From Dehalococcoidia bacterium (GTDB lineage Bacteria; Chloroflexota; Dehalococcoidia; Bin125): a DNA stretch of 64,000 nucleotides. Under the pieces are notes generated by a model. It made no database searches. It was not told where the DNA came from and was given only the letters and a program-made list of their open reading frames with translations. A program made the translations under genes and the position numbers. The stretch is taken from assembly GCA_965237475.1 (NCBI GenBank), contig OZ250140.1, positions 2,597,877-2,661,876 on the forward strand, written 5' to 3'. How positions within the stretch are numbered: the stretch's first letter is position 1; every line of letters begins with the position of its first letter. Positions 46,769-56,796 of this stretch are shown here, piece after piece.

Positions 46769-49345
46769 ATGTCCGACGCGCGCCCTTCCGGACGCATGCC
46801 CTACCTGCCCGCGCTCGACGGCATCCGCGCGCTCGCGGTGGCCGCCGTGGTGCTCTACCACGCCGGGGTGTTCTGGCTGCCGGCCGGGTTCCTCGGCGTC
46901 GATGTGTTCTTCGTCGTCAGCGGGTTCCTGATCACGGCGCTGCTGGTGGCGGAGTTCGAGCGCGAGCAGCGCGTCGACCTGCGCGCGTTCTGGATCCGCC
47001 GCGCGCGCCGCCTGCTGCCGGCGCTCGCGCTGGTCCTCGGCGTGACCACCATCTACGCGGTCGTGGTACTCGGCGATCAGCTCGCCACGCATCTCCGCGA
47101 GGTGCTCGCCGCGACCGTCTACGTGACCAACTGGGACCTGATCGTCCGCGATGTCTCCTATTTCGAGTCGTTCGACCGTCCGTCGCAGCTGCGTCATCTC
47201 TGGTCGCTGGCGGTCGAGGAGCAGTTCTACCTGCTCTGGCCGATCCTCTTTGCGGCGCTGACGAGATTCGTCTCGAAGCGGGCCGTGTTGGTCATCGTGG
47301 TGCTGCTCGGCGCGGCGTCGCTCGGATGGATGGTTGCGTTGTACCAGCCGGGCGAGGACCCGTCGCGCGTCTACTTCGGGAGCGATCCTCGCGCGTTCAC
47401 GATCCTGCTGGGCGTCGCACTGGGCCTCGTGTGGCGCCCGTGGCGCTGGTCGTGGCCGCAGCAGAGGGCGCGGTTGGGCGAGGCGCTGGATGTCATCGGT
47501 CTCGCCGGCCTCGGCGCGATGGCGGCGATCATGCTGCACGCGCACTGGTGGGACGCGTGGCTCTATCCGTGGGGATTGCTCGGCGTCTCGCTCGGGGCGG
47601 CGGCGCTGATCGCTGCGGTTGTGCGCCATGCCTCCGCGATCGCGCCATTACTCGAGCTCTCGCCGCTGCGCTGGCTGGGACTGCGTTCCTACGGCGTCTA
47701 CCTCTGGCACTGGCCGGTGCTGATCGCGCTGACCTGGGAGTTCGACTTCGGCGGTTGGCAGCTCCTCGTGTTCGGCGTGGCGATCACGGCCGGGCTGGCC
47801 GAAGCCAGCTATCGCTGGCTCGAGACGCCGGTGCGCCGGGGCGTCTTCTGGGCGCAGTTGCGCCGGCGACCACCGCAGCTGCCGCGCCGCGCCTGGGCGT
47901 CGGTCACGGCCGCGGCTCTGGTTGCCGCCGTTGTGGGTCTCGTGCTGATCGACACGGGGCAGACGCGCTCGGCGCTCGAGGGCACTGCGACGACGGCGGT
48001 CGATTCCGAGCGCGAAGCGCGCGCGCGCGACAGATCAACGGATGCCGTGTTGCAGCAGGCCAGCGCGGGCGAGGTCCGATTCACGACGGAGCCCGTGGAG
48101 GAGGCGGAGGCGCCGGCGAGCTTCGGCGCTTCCTCCGGCTCCGCCCGCTCCCCTGCCTCGTTCTCCAACCCCGCCGCTCCCTCCGCGTCGGCAAGCGCTC
48201 CCGCCTCGGTCTCCGCTTCCGCCTCTGACGGTGACTCCGACTCTGCCTCGGTCTCCGCCACTGTCTCCGCCCCAGCGGATGTTGCTCCTTCCCCTGCCGC
48301 AGCCTCCGTCGCGGCGGACGAGTCGCCGACGGCAGCCGATGTCGGCGCGACCGACGATGCCGGAGAGCCTTCCGAAGGCGCGGGCGAGACCGTTCCGAGC
48401 GGCGACGGGTTCGACGCCGTCGATCCGACGGAGGCCGGCCCGCCGAACACGATTCCATACGTGGTGCGCCGCGGCGACACGCCGATCGGCCTCGCCAGGA
48501 GGTTTGGCACGACCCTCGATGCGCTGGTTGAGAGCAATGGTGACGGGATCCTCTCCATGCTCCACGTCAAAGATGTGCTGGCGATCCCCTGCCCGAACGC
48601 GGGGCCGTGCGCGATTGTCGAGATCGCCACGGTCGAACAGGGCTGCGTGCGCTGGGAGAACGCGCACGGCTTGGGGCGCAGCTGTAGCTACGAGCGCGTG
48701 CTGATGAGCCTGCCGGCCAGCTTCGCGGTTGAGCGCGGCCCGCTCGACGCGGCCGCCAGCTGGGAATGGGGCGGCGCGGTCGCCGAAGGTGACACGGTCG
48801 AGCTGACGGTGGCCAACGCTGCGGGCCGATTCGAGCAGCTCGTGGTGCGCTTCGGCGCGCGGCCGCTGGCGATCGGTGACTCGGTGATGTATCACGCCAC
48901 GTGGGCGCTGCGAACAGCCGGTGTCGAAGTCGACGCAGTGGGGGCGCGCAGCGCGAACGGGAGCATCCAGGTGCTCGCCGGTGGGCTCAGAACCAAGCAG
49001 CGCGAGGTCGTGATCTTTCAGGGCATCGGCTACCAATTCCTGACCACAGCCGACTTCACGCGGCTGGTCGAAGCCGCGGCGGATGTCGAGCACCTGATCG
49101 TGCTGACGCGCCAGTTCCCGCCGCGTAATCCGTGGATTCGGCTTGAGCACGAGGGCAACGAGATGCTGCGTCGCGAGGCGCCGAAGCACCCCAACGTCAC
49201 GCTGATCGACTGGAACGCGATCACCGACGGCCGCGAAGACGAGCTCACCGTCGACGGCACGCACCTGAGCGAGCTTGGCATCGAGCTCTATGTCGAGGCG
49301 ATCGTCGAGGCGATCAGAGCCGGCCCCGGCGGCGCGCGGAGGTAG
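46769..49345 (+). CDS. Acyltransferase-3 (OatA-like) membrane O-acyltransferase with an Ala/Ser-rich linker, a LysM-like segment and a C-terminal SGNH-hydrolase-like domain
   Basis: Acyl_transf_3 N-terminus with 10+ TM helices; YVVRRGDTPIGLARRFGTTLDALVESN (LysM-like). Confidence 0.65.
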   Translation: MSDARPSGRMPYLPALDGIRALAVAAVVLYHAGVFWLPAGFLGVDVFFVVSGFLITALLVAEFEREQRVDLRAFWIRRARRLLPALALVLGVTTIYAVVVLGDQLATHLREVLAATVYVTNWDLIVRDVSYFESFDRPSQLRHLWSLAVEEQFYLLWPILFAALTRFVSKRAVLVIVVLLGAASLGWMVALYQPGEDPSRVYFGSDPRAFTILLGVALGLVWRPWRWSWPQQRARLGEALDVIGLAGLGAMAAIMLHAHWWDAWLYPWGLLGVSLGAAALIAAVVRHASAIAPLLELSPLRWLGLRSYGVYLWHWPVLIALTWEFDFGGWQLLVFGVAITAGLAEASYRWLETPVRRGVFWAQLRRRPPQLPRRAWASVTAAALVAAVVGLVLIDTGQTRSALEGTATTAVDSEREARARDRSTDAVLQQASAGEVRFTTEPVEEAEAPASFGASSGSARSPASFSNPAAPSASASAPASVSASASDGDSDSASVSATVSAPADVAPSPAAASVAADESPTAADVGATDDAGEPSEGAGETVPSGDGFDAVDPTEAGPPNTIPYVVRRGDTPIGLARRFGTTLDALVESNGDGILSMLHVKDVLAIPCPNAGPCAIVEIATVEQGCVRWENAHGLGRSCSYERVLMSLPASFAVERGPLDAAASWEWGGAVAEGDTVELTVANAAGRFEQLVVRFGARPLAIGDSVMYHATWALRTAGVEVDAVGARSANGSIQVLAGGLRTKQREVVIFQGIGYQFLTTADFTRLVEAAADVEHLIVLTRQFPPRNPWIRLEHEGNEMLRREAPKHPNVTLIDWNAITDGREDELTVDGTHLSELGIELYVEAIVEAIRAGPGGARR

Positions 49346-49391
49346 GCCGAGGAACGCGGGGACCTGTGGGGCTACTTGGGGCTGCGGGCGG

Positions 49392-49796
49392 CTAGGCGCC
49401 GAAGCCGGTCACGCTGACCACGTCGCGACGCTTGAAGCGCCACTCGCCTTCGTGCTGCACGATCACGTCCTCGTAGCCGAGCAGCATTGTGGCGACGCCG
49501 CCGTCGGTTGAGGGGATCTTGAAGTCGAGGAAGCACTTGTGATGCACTTCCTCGCCGACCACGTCGAAGAGGTGGTTGTCGGTGAAGTGCATCCCGCCGG
49601 GGAACTGTTCGGCGAGCCCGACCGCGAACGCGATCAGCGCGTCGCGACCCTCGGCGTGACCGGCGGGACCGGCGAAGATGCCATCGGGCGCGAACGTGTC
49701 GGCCCAGGCCGGCCCGTCGCCCTGGTCAACGGTGTAGTTGTAGACCGAGCACAAGTCGATGATCGCGAATCGGTCTTCGAGCGAGATAGCTGACAT
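49392..49796 (-). CDS. SnoaL-like / NTF2-fold protein
   Basis: 134 aa; the pattern matches NTF2-like polyketide-cyclase-fold proteins. Confidence 0.5.
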   Translation of the reverse strand: MSAISLEDRFAIIDLCSVYNYTVDQGDGPAWADTFAPDGIFAGPAGHAEGRDALIAFAVGLAEQFPGGMHFTDNHLFDVVGEEVHHKCFLDFKIPSTDGGVATMLLGYEDVIVQHEGEWRFKRRDVVSVTGFGA

Positions 49797-49812
49797 ACGC
49801 GTTGCTCCTCAA

Positions 49813-50211
49813 TCAGTCGATCACGGCGATCGCTTCGACCTCGATCATCAAGGCCGAGATCGCGAGCGCCTGCACACCGATCAGGGTGCTCGCCGGCGGA
49901 CCGACGGCGGCGAAGACCGCGTTGCGGGCGGCGTCCAGACCGGCGCGCATGCTGCTGTTGTAGTTGACGATGTAGACGTTGGTCTTGGCCACGTCGGCCG
50001 GGGTCGCCCCTGCCGCCTCCAGCGCGATCGCGAGGTTCTCGTAGGCCTTCCTGGCCTGGGCATCGAAGTCACCCACGCCGACGACTCCGCCCTCGACATC
50101 CCAGGCCACCTGGCCGGAGATGTAGACGGTGCGGGTTCCTTCTGCGACGACCACTTGGGAGAAGCTCGGCGCGTTGATCAGTCCGTCAACCTTCAGATGT
50201 TCGAGGGCCAC
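49813..50211 (-). CDS. ridA: RidA/YjgF (reactive intermediate deaminase) family protein
   Basis: 132 aa; ...YISGQVAW...ARKAYENLAIALEAAGATPADVAKTNVYI... Confidence 0.75.
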   Translation of the reverse strand: MALEHLKVDGLINAPSFSQVVVAEGTRTVYISGQVAWDVEGGVVGVGDFDAQARKAYENLAIALEAAGATPADVAKTNVYIVNYNSSMRAGLDAARNAVFAAVGPPASTLIGVQALAISALMIEVEAIAVID

Positions 50212-50302
50212 ATCGGCCTCCTCTCAGCGCGACCACGATAGCGCCCGAGCCGGAGCACCCAGCGCGGCGGATATCGTGCCTCAAACGAATCAGGAGCAGA
50301 TC

Positions 50303-50929
50303 ATGGCAGACCCCCAACGACTCGAGATGACCCTGGCGGAAGCGATGTACTCGATGCGCGCGATCCGACGGGTGCGGCCCGACCCGATTGCACCGGAGGA
50401 CGTGGAGCTGATGCTCGACGCCGCCCGCCAGGCGCCGAACGGCGGCAATGCGCAGCCCTGGCATTTCCTGGTCGTGCAGGACCCCGACCAGATTCGCCGC
50501 TTTGCTCCGCTCTACCGCGAGGCCTGGTGGGCCAAGCGCGCCGACGTCGGGATCGTCGACGGCGACGAGCGTCTGCAGACGCCGGTGATGCGATCGGCGC
50601 GTCGGCTCGCTGATGAGATCGGCCAGGCGCCGCTGCTGGTCTTCCTCTGCGCCACCGCGCAGGGCGCCGGAGCTGCGGCCTCAGTGATTCCGTCGGTGCA
50701 GAATCTGCTGCTGGCGGGGCGGTCACTGGGCATCGGCGGCAACATCACGACGCTGCACCCGACGGTGGATGGTCGGGTCAAGACGCTGTTCAACATCCCC
50801 GACCAGGCGCAGGTCGTGTACTGCGTGCCGATGGGCTACCCGCGAGGCCGGTTCGGCCCGCTGAACCGCAAGCCGCTGACGGAGATTGTGTCGCAGGATC
50901 GGTGGGGCGAGCGTCCGTCGTGGGCATGA
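50303..50929 (+). CDS. Nitroreductase-family protein
   Basis: AARQAPNGGNAQPWHFLVVQD; AGGAG RBS 7 bp upstream of the ATG at 50303. Confidence 0.7.
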   Translation: MADPQRLEMTLAEAMYSMRAIRRVRPDPIAPEDVELMLDAARQAPNGGNAQPWHFLVVQDPDQIRRFAPLYREAWWAKRADVGIVDGDERLQTPVMRSARRLADEIGQAPLLVFLCATAQGAGAAASVIPSVQNLLLAGRSLGIGGNITTLHPTVDGRVKTLFNIPDQAQVVYCVPMGYPRGRFGPLNRKPLTEIVSQDRWGERPSWA

Positions 50930-51049
50930 ATTTCGTCGACCGCCGATCGGACACCACTGTTGCTCGCGTGGCCGCGAACAGCTCGAGGAATGGCTATCGT
51001 CGCATGTGTGCTTGCCCATTCCTGCGGGGCTAGAAGGGATCCGGCGTCG

Positions 51050-51721
51050 ATGGACGCGCTCGAGCAGCACGATCAGTCGCTGGTTGACGCGGCATTGATG
51101 TTGGTGCTGTGGCACCGTGCGGCTCCCCAGGGTGGCGGGGATTTTCACGACGAGAATGACGTGGGGGACCGCCTCCGTCTGATGAAGCTCGCGTTTCTCG
51201 CCGCACACCGGTTCAACGAGCAACAGATCGCCGGACTGGGGCTCACGTTCTATCGCTGGACGTGGGGTCCGCTGTCGAATCAGGTCTACGCGGTCTGGGA
51301 GCTGCTTGAACGAGCTGGCGCTCTTCACGAAGAGGAGCAATGGCTGATTACTGAGTCTGGTGCATCGTTGTCCGATGCATTTTACGGAGAGGTGCTCCAG
51401 GCTGAAAGCAATCGAGGAGCGCGACAGGCATTCGATGACATTGCCGCGCGGTGGCGTGATGAGCCGCTCACGTCAGCGATTATGAAGCACGTCTACGGTC
51501 TTGACGTGCGGCCGGCCGGAAGCAGCCTCCCGGTCACCGTGGCGCGCGTTCCACTGGGGGACACCATCATTACGCCCCTGGAGGCGTCGATCGACTCCCG
51601 CGGCTTCGAAGTTGATCCTGCGTGGCTCGAGACCTTGGCGCTCAGTTTCTCACCAAGTGATGTCGCGTCTATTGCAGCGGCCGAGGAAGACTTTCGTGCA
51701 ACACGGTTCCACGTGGCCTGA
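51050..51721 (+). CDS. Hypothetical protein, possibly a Panacea/SocA-like antitoxin partner of the downstream RelE/ParE-like gene
   Basis: MKLAFLAAHRFNEQQ...YRWTWGPLSNQVY resembles DUF4065-type antitoxins; its 3' end overlaps the next ORF. Confidence 0.35.
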   Translation: MDALEQHDQSLVDAALMLVLWHRAAPQGGGDFHDENDVGDRLRLMKLAFLAAHRFNEQQIAGLGLTFYRWTWGPLSNQVYAVWELLERAGALHEEEQWLITESGASLSDAFYGEVLQAESNRGARQAFDDIAARWRDEPLTSAIMKHVYGLDVRPAGSSLPVTVARVPLGDTIITPLEASIDSRGFEVDPAWLETLALSFSPSDVASIAAAEEDFRATRFHVA

Positions 51722-52082
51722 CGCTTCGAACTGGACCGTGCGATATTCGGACCAGTTCCTGAAGCAGGCACGAAGCCGTCGCTATCGCTCGCTAGCGACG
51801 GTTCTCCGTTCGCGGCTCGAGGCGTTGTTCGAGGATCCGTTCAACGCCGCAAGCGCTGAGCGCCTGCGGCACGAGTTCAGAGGCCTGCGGAGCGCGCGGA
51901 TTGATGCCCGACTCCGCCTGATCTACCGCCTATGCGGCGAATGCCGCGATAGCGGCCACGCGCAGTTCCGGCCGATCGAGTGTTGCTGGAGCGGCGACAC
52001 CGAGGACTGCACCATCAACCTCCTCTGCATCAGCGATCACTACCGCAACATGCCGACACGCTTCGATTTCTCGGCCACATGA
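51692..52082 (+). CDS. RelE/ParE-superfamily toxin-like protein
   Basis: LRHEFRGLRSARIDARLRLIYRL ... CISDHYRNM fits the RelE/ParE core; overlaps the upstream gene; start codon uncertain (GTG). Confidence 0.45.
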
Positions 52083-52289
52083 ATGCGTCCCATCCGTCGT
52101 TCCTCAATGAGTTGATCTCGTCCGTACTCAACCCGGGTTGATCGTCGCTGGATTGCGGTGTCGTCACGAGTCGCCGCTGCAACGCTCCGAACTTGGCCCG
52201 CGTCTATCTGCCGACGCAACACACCCAACGGTTGAGGCGAGCTCCCGCCGGAGGGTGTCTCGGAAGTCCGTATTTCCGATCAGATCGTC

Positions 52290-52415
52290 GATGCCGCGAA
52301 GCGTGGAACGCGGGCCCACCAGATGGGGCGGATCGATTCCCGCTTGCGCGGGAATGACGGGCGAGGGCGCGGCAATGACGGGAGAGCGGCTTCTGAGACA
52401 GGCTCCTACGGAATC
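52290..52415. repeat. REP family B-related repeat (GCGCGGGAATGACGG ... TTCTGAGACAGG)
   Basis: Similar to 6280-6330 and to the 3' end of the IS30 element (44003-44020). Confidence 0.6.
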
Positions 52416-53515
52416 AGCATTGAGCGCGAGACGTTGGTGTCGCGCTCGTGCCACTCGCTGTCCTCGAAGGCCTGGTTGACGTCGGCCAGCGGGTAGGTGT
52501 GCGAGACGATCCGGTCGTAGGGGATGTCGCGCTGGTGCTTCTGCAGCATGTTCATCATCAGCGGCAGCAGGTGCGGGCGGTACATGACCGAGCCCATGAT
52601 CTTCTTGCCGCTGAGCAGCGTGCTGGGGTCAATCGCGACCGTGCGGCCGCGCACGATGTCGCCGATCTCGACGAAGGTGCCGCCGTTGGCGAGGAAATCG
52701 ATGCCTTCGGCGAGCAGCTCGGCGCGGCCGACCAGCTCCATCACGATGTTCGCGCCGCGGCCCTCGGTCAGGTCCCAGACGGCTTCGCGGCGCGTCGCCG
52801 GGGTGTTGAACTCCTCGATGTTGATCGTGTGGTCGGCGCCGAACTGCTCGGCGAGGGCCAGCCGCTGCGGCAGCCGATCGAGCACGATCACCTTGTGCGC
52901 GCCCATATCCTTGGCCATCGCGGTGGCGTTGAGCCCGAGGCCGCCCGCGCCCTGAATCACGACGAAGTCGTTCTCCTTGCAGCCGGCGCGCATCAGGCCC
53001 TCGGTGACGGTGCCCATCGCGCAGTTGACGAAGCCCAGAATCTCGTCGGGCAGGTCGTCGGGCACCTTGAACACCGGATGGTTGGGCTGCAGGTAGTAGT
53101 AGTCGGCGTAGGTGCCGGTGAAATATGGCGGCACGCCCGCCTCGCGCGACCAGGCGCTGCGGTCGGAGCACCAGTTCCACTCGCCGCGCGAGCACTGGTA
53201 GCAGCGCCCGCAGGGGGTGATCGCCGAGTACATCACGCGGTCGCCGAGCTCAAGCGGGCGGCCCAACGAGTCTGAGCTGACGCCATCGCCCAACGAGTGG
53301 ATCACGCCGGTGCCCTCGTGGCCCATGACGCGCCCGCCCTCGGGCAGCGGGTTGGCGATCATGTCGCCGCGCCAGGTGTGCAGGTCAGAGCCGCAGACCC
53401 CCGCCTGGGTGATCCGCAGCACGATCCCGCCCGGCTCAGGGTCGGGGACGGGGTACTCCTCGATCACAAACGGCTGCTGGTATTCCTTGACGACAACGAC
53501 ACGTCCCGTGGCCAT
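52406..53515 (-). CDS. Zinc-dependent alcohol dehydrogenase-family oxidoreductase (MDR)
   Basis: GVCGSDLHTWRGD...GHEGTGVI...; GxGxxG (VIQGAGGLG). Confidence 0.75.
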   Translation of the reverse strand: MATGRVVVVKEYQQPFVIEEYPVPDPEPGGIVLRITQAGVCGSDLHTWRGDMIANPLPEGGRVMGHEGTGVIHSLGDGVSSDSLGRPLELGDRVMYSAITPCGRCYQCSRGEWNWCSDRSAWSREAGVPPYFTGTYADYYYLQPNHPVFKVPDDLPDEILGFVNCAMGTVTEGLMRAGCKENDFVVIQGAGGLGLNATAMAKDMGAHKVIVLDRLPQRLALAEQFGADHTINIEEFNTPATRREAVWDLTEGRGANIVMELVGRAELLAEGIDFLANGGTFVEIGDIVRGRTVAIDPSTLLSGKKIMGSVMYRPHLLPLMMNMLQKHQRDIPYDRIVSHTYPLADVNQAFEDSEWHERDTNVSRSMLIP

Positions 53516-53600
53516 GGCGATCTCCCTCGCTAGTGAGTTTGGACAGTGCGAGTCTAGGGAATTGCGTCAGCCAAGGGCGTGACTTCGGAGCTGAGAGGGA

Positions 53601-54464
53601 ATGCCTTACCTTGGCGGCGAGCGGAGGTCGACGATGGAACAGCGGCTCACTGTTCGGATCGCTGGCCCAGGCGTGCCGGTGGGGAAGATCGGGCTCAAAG
53701 ATCTACAGCGAATCGTGCATCCGCTTGAGCAGGCGGTGCGGGCGCTGCTCCCCGCAAACGAGCCGCCGCCGCCAACAGGCGGCCGTCCGCGTAAGCCGAC
53801 TGTACGGTTGTTGCTCTCGGGAATCGAGCCGGGTTCGGCGGTAGCGAACTTGGAGCTTGACGCGGATCTGGCCCCTACGTTGGACAGTTTTGCTCCCGAT
53901 CCCCTGGGACGACTTGTGGCCGGGGCGGCGGCTGGTGGCGGGAAGCTACCCGCCGACTCACGTCGTCATTTGGAGCGGATGGCTCGCAGCCTTCCTCGTG
54001 GCTTCGAATATGTGGAGTTGACGCTGCCAGACCGAGCGATGTCGGCGCGAATCTATCGTCATGATCCTGAAGAAGCACTGAGCGAAACGGAAGCAGTTCT
54101 CACGATCTCAGGCCGCTTGGTCTCCATCGACTTTCGAACTGGAACAGCGCGTCTACAGATTCAGTCAGGCGGCAAGCGAAAAGTGGGAACGCAGCTGGTA
54201 CCGCTGCGATTCCCAGATGAGTTGGCGAACGACATGCAGCGCTGCGCCCGCCAGCAAGTGTCCGTCCATGGTGTCGCAACGATGACCGCGGCCCGCGTCG
54301 TCGAGTCACTCGCGGTGCAGCGCATTCATGTGGACCTTGACGATCGCCGTGGACTCTGGGCTCCCAAGCGATTCAGATGGCCTAGCGCTGACGAACGCCT
54401 CGATAACGTGGATATGGACGAGTTCTTACGAACGTCACGCGATGATGGCGAGGACGACGTGTGA
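53601..54464 (+). CDS. Hypothetical protein (287 aa), translationally coupled to the downstream PIN-domain gene
   Basis: No recognisable family; GTGA start/stop overlap with 54461..54904. Confidence 0.4.
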   Translation: MPYLGGERRSTMEQRLTVRIAGPGVPVGKIGLKDLQRIVHPLEQAVRALLPANEPPPPTGGRPRKPTVRLLLSGIEPGSAVANLELDADLAPTLDSFAPDPLGRLVAGAAAGGGKLPADSRRHLERMARSLPRGFEYVELTLPDRAMSARIYRHDPEEALSETEAVLTISGRLVSIDFRTGTARLQIQSGGKRKVGTQLVPLRFPDELANDMQRCARQQVSVHGVATMTAARVVESLAVQRIHVDLDDRRGLWAPKRFRWPSADERLDNVDMDEFLRTSRDDGEDDV

Positions 54465-54904
54465 TCTTCGGAGCGCATGTTGACATCGTGGTCGACACGA
54501 ACATCGTCGTTTCGCTGCTGTCGAGTCATCCGGATGAGATCGCTCGCGCGGAGCTGTACCGATCACACATCGAGGGCAGGGCGATCGCGATCTCGTTCCA
54601 GACCGAAGCGGAACTGATGGTGCAGCGTGAGGCGCAGGGCTGGGACGGCACAAAACTCATGACACAAATGAGCAACTATGAGATAGTACCACTGTCAGAT
54701 GACTTGCGTGGCTGTTACATCACGTTGCGGTCCGAGGCGATCCGCAGAAACAGGCGCAATGAGGGACCGTTGTTGGGCCCCGCGGACGGCTGGATCGCAG
54801 CCGCCGCGCTGATGCTGGATTGCCCCCTCGTTACACACGATCGCAAACTCTCCAAGAGCCCACTGATCGTTGCCATCACCGAACTGGACGCTCAGGGACC
54901 GTAG
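54461..54904 (+). CDS. PIN-domain nuclease (VapC-like toxin)
   Basis: VVDTNIVVS...TE.EL...DGWIAAAALMLDCPLVTHD carries the PIN acidic residues. Confidence 0.65.
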   Translation: MIFGAHVDIVVDTNIVVSLLSSHPDEIARAELYRSHIEGRAIAISFQTEAELMVQREAQGWDGTKLMTQMSNYEIVPLSDDLRGCYITLRSEAIRRNRRNEGPLLGPADGWIAAAALMLDCPLVTHDRKLSKSPLIVAITELDAQGP

Positions 54905-54922
54905 CCTTCTGAAGTACAATCG

Positions 54923-55825
54923 CTACGCGCCGCGGAGGCGGGGGTCGAAGGCGTCGCGGAGGGCGTCGCCGATGATGTTGAAGCTGAAGACGGTGAGGAA
55001 GATCGCGAGGCCGGGCCAGACCGAGAGCCAGGGCTGTTCGATCATGTGGATTCTGGCCTCCGCGCCGAGCATGAAGCCCCACGAGGCCGCCGGCGGCTGA
55101 ATCCCGTAGCCGAGGAACGAGACGGACGCCTCGATCAGGATCGCGATGCCCAGGTAGGCCGTCGCGATCACCAGGATCGGCGGCAACGCATTGGGCAGGA
55201 TGTGGCGCACGATCACTCTGGGCGTGGTCGCCCCGATCGAGCGCGCCGCTTCGATGTAGGGCTGTGAGCCGACCTGGATCGCGGCGGCGCGGGAGATGCG
55301 GATGCCCCCGCCAAGCAGCGCGATCGCGATCACCACGATCAGCAGCGAGATGCTGGTGCCGAGAAACGCGGTGAGCGAAATCACGATGATCAGGCCCGGG
55401 AAGGCCATCAGCATGTCGACCACGCGCTGCACCAACACGTCGAACCAGCCGCCGACCGCGCCGCTGATCAGCCCGATCGCCGAGGCGACGACCACTGCCA
55501 GGCCGACAGAAGCGACGCTGATCCCCAGCGAGGCGCGCCCGCCGTAGAGGATGCGGGTGAAGACATCGCGGCCCAGCGCGTCGGTGCCCATCCAATAGGT
55601 CGCATTGGGTCCCTGCAGACGGTCGTACGGCGCGATGGCTCGGGGCTCGTATGGCGCGATCAGTTCGGCCAGCCCGGAGCCCAGGCCGATCGCGATCAGC
55701 ACGAGCGTGACCAGGCAGGGGAAGGGATAGCGTCGCAGCATCCGTCCGAAGCCGCGCAGGAGGCGCGTGGCTTCGAACGCGGGCGGTTCAGCCGCCGACG
55801 CGGATGCGTGGGTCGAGGAAGCCAT
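54923..55825 (-). CDS. ABC peptide-transporter permease (DppC/OppC-like)
   Basis: EAA-type loop motif ...YIEAARSIGATTPRVIVRHILPNA...; start ambiguous (the alternative ATG at 55741 would remove the overlap with the upstream permease). Confidence 0.75.
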   Translation of the reverse strand: MASSTHASASAAEPPAFEATRLLRGFGRMLRRYPFPCLVTLVLIAIGLGSGLAELIAPYEPRAIAPYDRLQGPNATYWMGTDALGRDVFTRILYGGRASLGISVASVGLAVVVASAIGLISGAVGGWFDVLVQRVVDMLMAFPGLIIVISLTAFLGTSISLLIVVIAIALLGGGIRISRAAAIQVGSQPYIEAARSIGATTPRVIVRHILPNALPPILVIATAYLGIAILIEASVSFLGYGIQPPAASWGFMLGAEARIHMIEQPWLSVWPGLAIFLTVFSFNIIGDALRDAFDPRLRGA

Positions 55826-56738
55826 AGGACACGTCCACAAGGAGGTTGGTCAGGATCACGGCGCCGGCGATCCAGACGTTGACGGCCTGCACGACGATGT
55901 AGTCGCGATTCGCGATTCCGTCGAGCAGGTAGATTCCGACACCCGGTAGCGCGAAGATCAGCTCGAAGACCACCGAGCCGCCAACGATCACCGGGAATTG
56001 CACCCCAATCACGGTGATGAACGGGATCAATGAGTTGCGCAACGCGTGCCTGCGCAGCAGCAGCAGCTGCGACAGTCCTTTCGCACGCGCGGTCATCATG
56101 TAGTCCTGGCGCAGCACATCGAGCAACGCGGTGCGCAGGATGCGGGTCTGCACGCCGGCCAGAATCAGACCGAAGAGCAGCGCCGGCAGCCACATTTGCT
56201 GCAGGTTCGTGAGCGGCGCCTCCCAGATTGGCTGGTAGCCGAGCGGCGGCGACCAGGCAAACCATTTGGCGCCGAAGACGACCGCGATGGTCGCCAGCCA
56301 GAAGCCGGGAATCGCCAGCGCGAACACCGCGATGCTGCGGGCCACGTAATCGGGCCAGCGGCTGCGGCGCAGCGCGGCCACGACCCCCAGCGGCACCGAG
56401 ATCGCCATCGCGATCAGGAGGCCGAGCACCGCCAGCTCGATCGTCACATCCATTCGATTGACGAGGTCGCTGCTGACGCTGCGCTGGGTGCGCAGCGCGC
56501 GACCGAAGTCGCCCCGCACTGCGCCGACCAGCCAGTCGCCGAAGTACTCGAGGAACGGCGCGTCGAGGCCGAGTTCTTCGCGCAGCCGCTCCTTCTCGAT
56601 GTCGTCGTAGAACGCTTCGGCCGCGAGTACGTCAACGACATCGCCGGGCAGCGTGCGCATCACGCCGGCGACGACCACGCTGATCCCGAATAACGTGATC
56701 GCCGCGAGCAGCAGGCGACGGAGCACGTAGCCGCGCAT
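55788..56738 (-). CDS. ABC peptide-transporter permease (DppB/OppB-like)
   Basis: MRGYVLRRLLLAAITLFGISVVV...; binding-protein-dependent transport permease motifs. Confidence 0.75.
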   Translation of the reverse strand: MRGYVLRRLLLAAITLFGISVVVAGVMRTLPGDVVDVLAAEAFYDDIEKERLREELGLDAPFLEYFGDWLVGAVRGDFGRALRTQRSVSSDLVNRMDVTIELAVLGLLIAMAISVPLGVVAALRRSRWPDYVARSIAVFALAIPGFWLATIAVVFGAKWFAWSPPLGYQPIWEAPLTNLQQMWLPALLFGLILAGVQTRILRTALLDVLRQDYMMTARAKGLSQLLLLRRHALRNSLIPFITVIGVQFPVIVGGSVVFELIFALPGVGIYLLDGIANRDYIVVQAVNVWIAGAVILTNLLVDVSYGFLDPRIRVGG

Positions 56739-56796
56739 GTGGCCGCCCCCTCACCCGCTTGCAGGCGCCTGCCGACGATCGGCTACGCCGCGCCGA

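Noticed and set aside
48100-48330. Ala/Ser/Pro-rich low-complexity stretch as a possible separate gene or repeat element
   Set aside because: It is in frame within the OatA-like acyltransferase, between the membrane domain and the LysM/SGNH region. It is a typical inter-domain linker.
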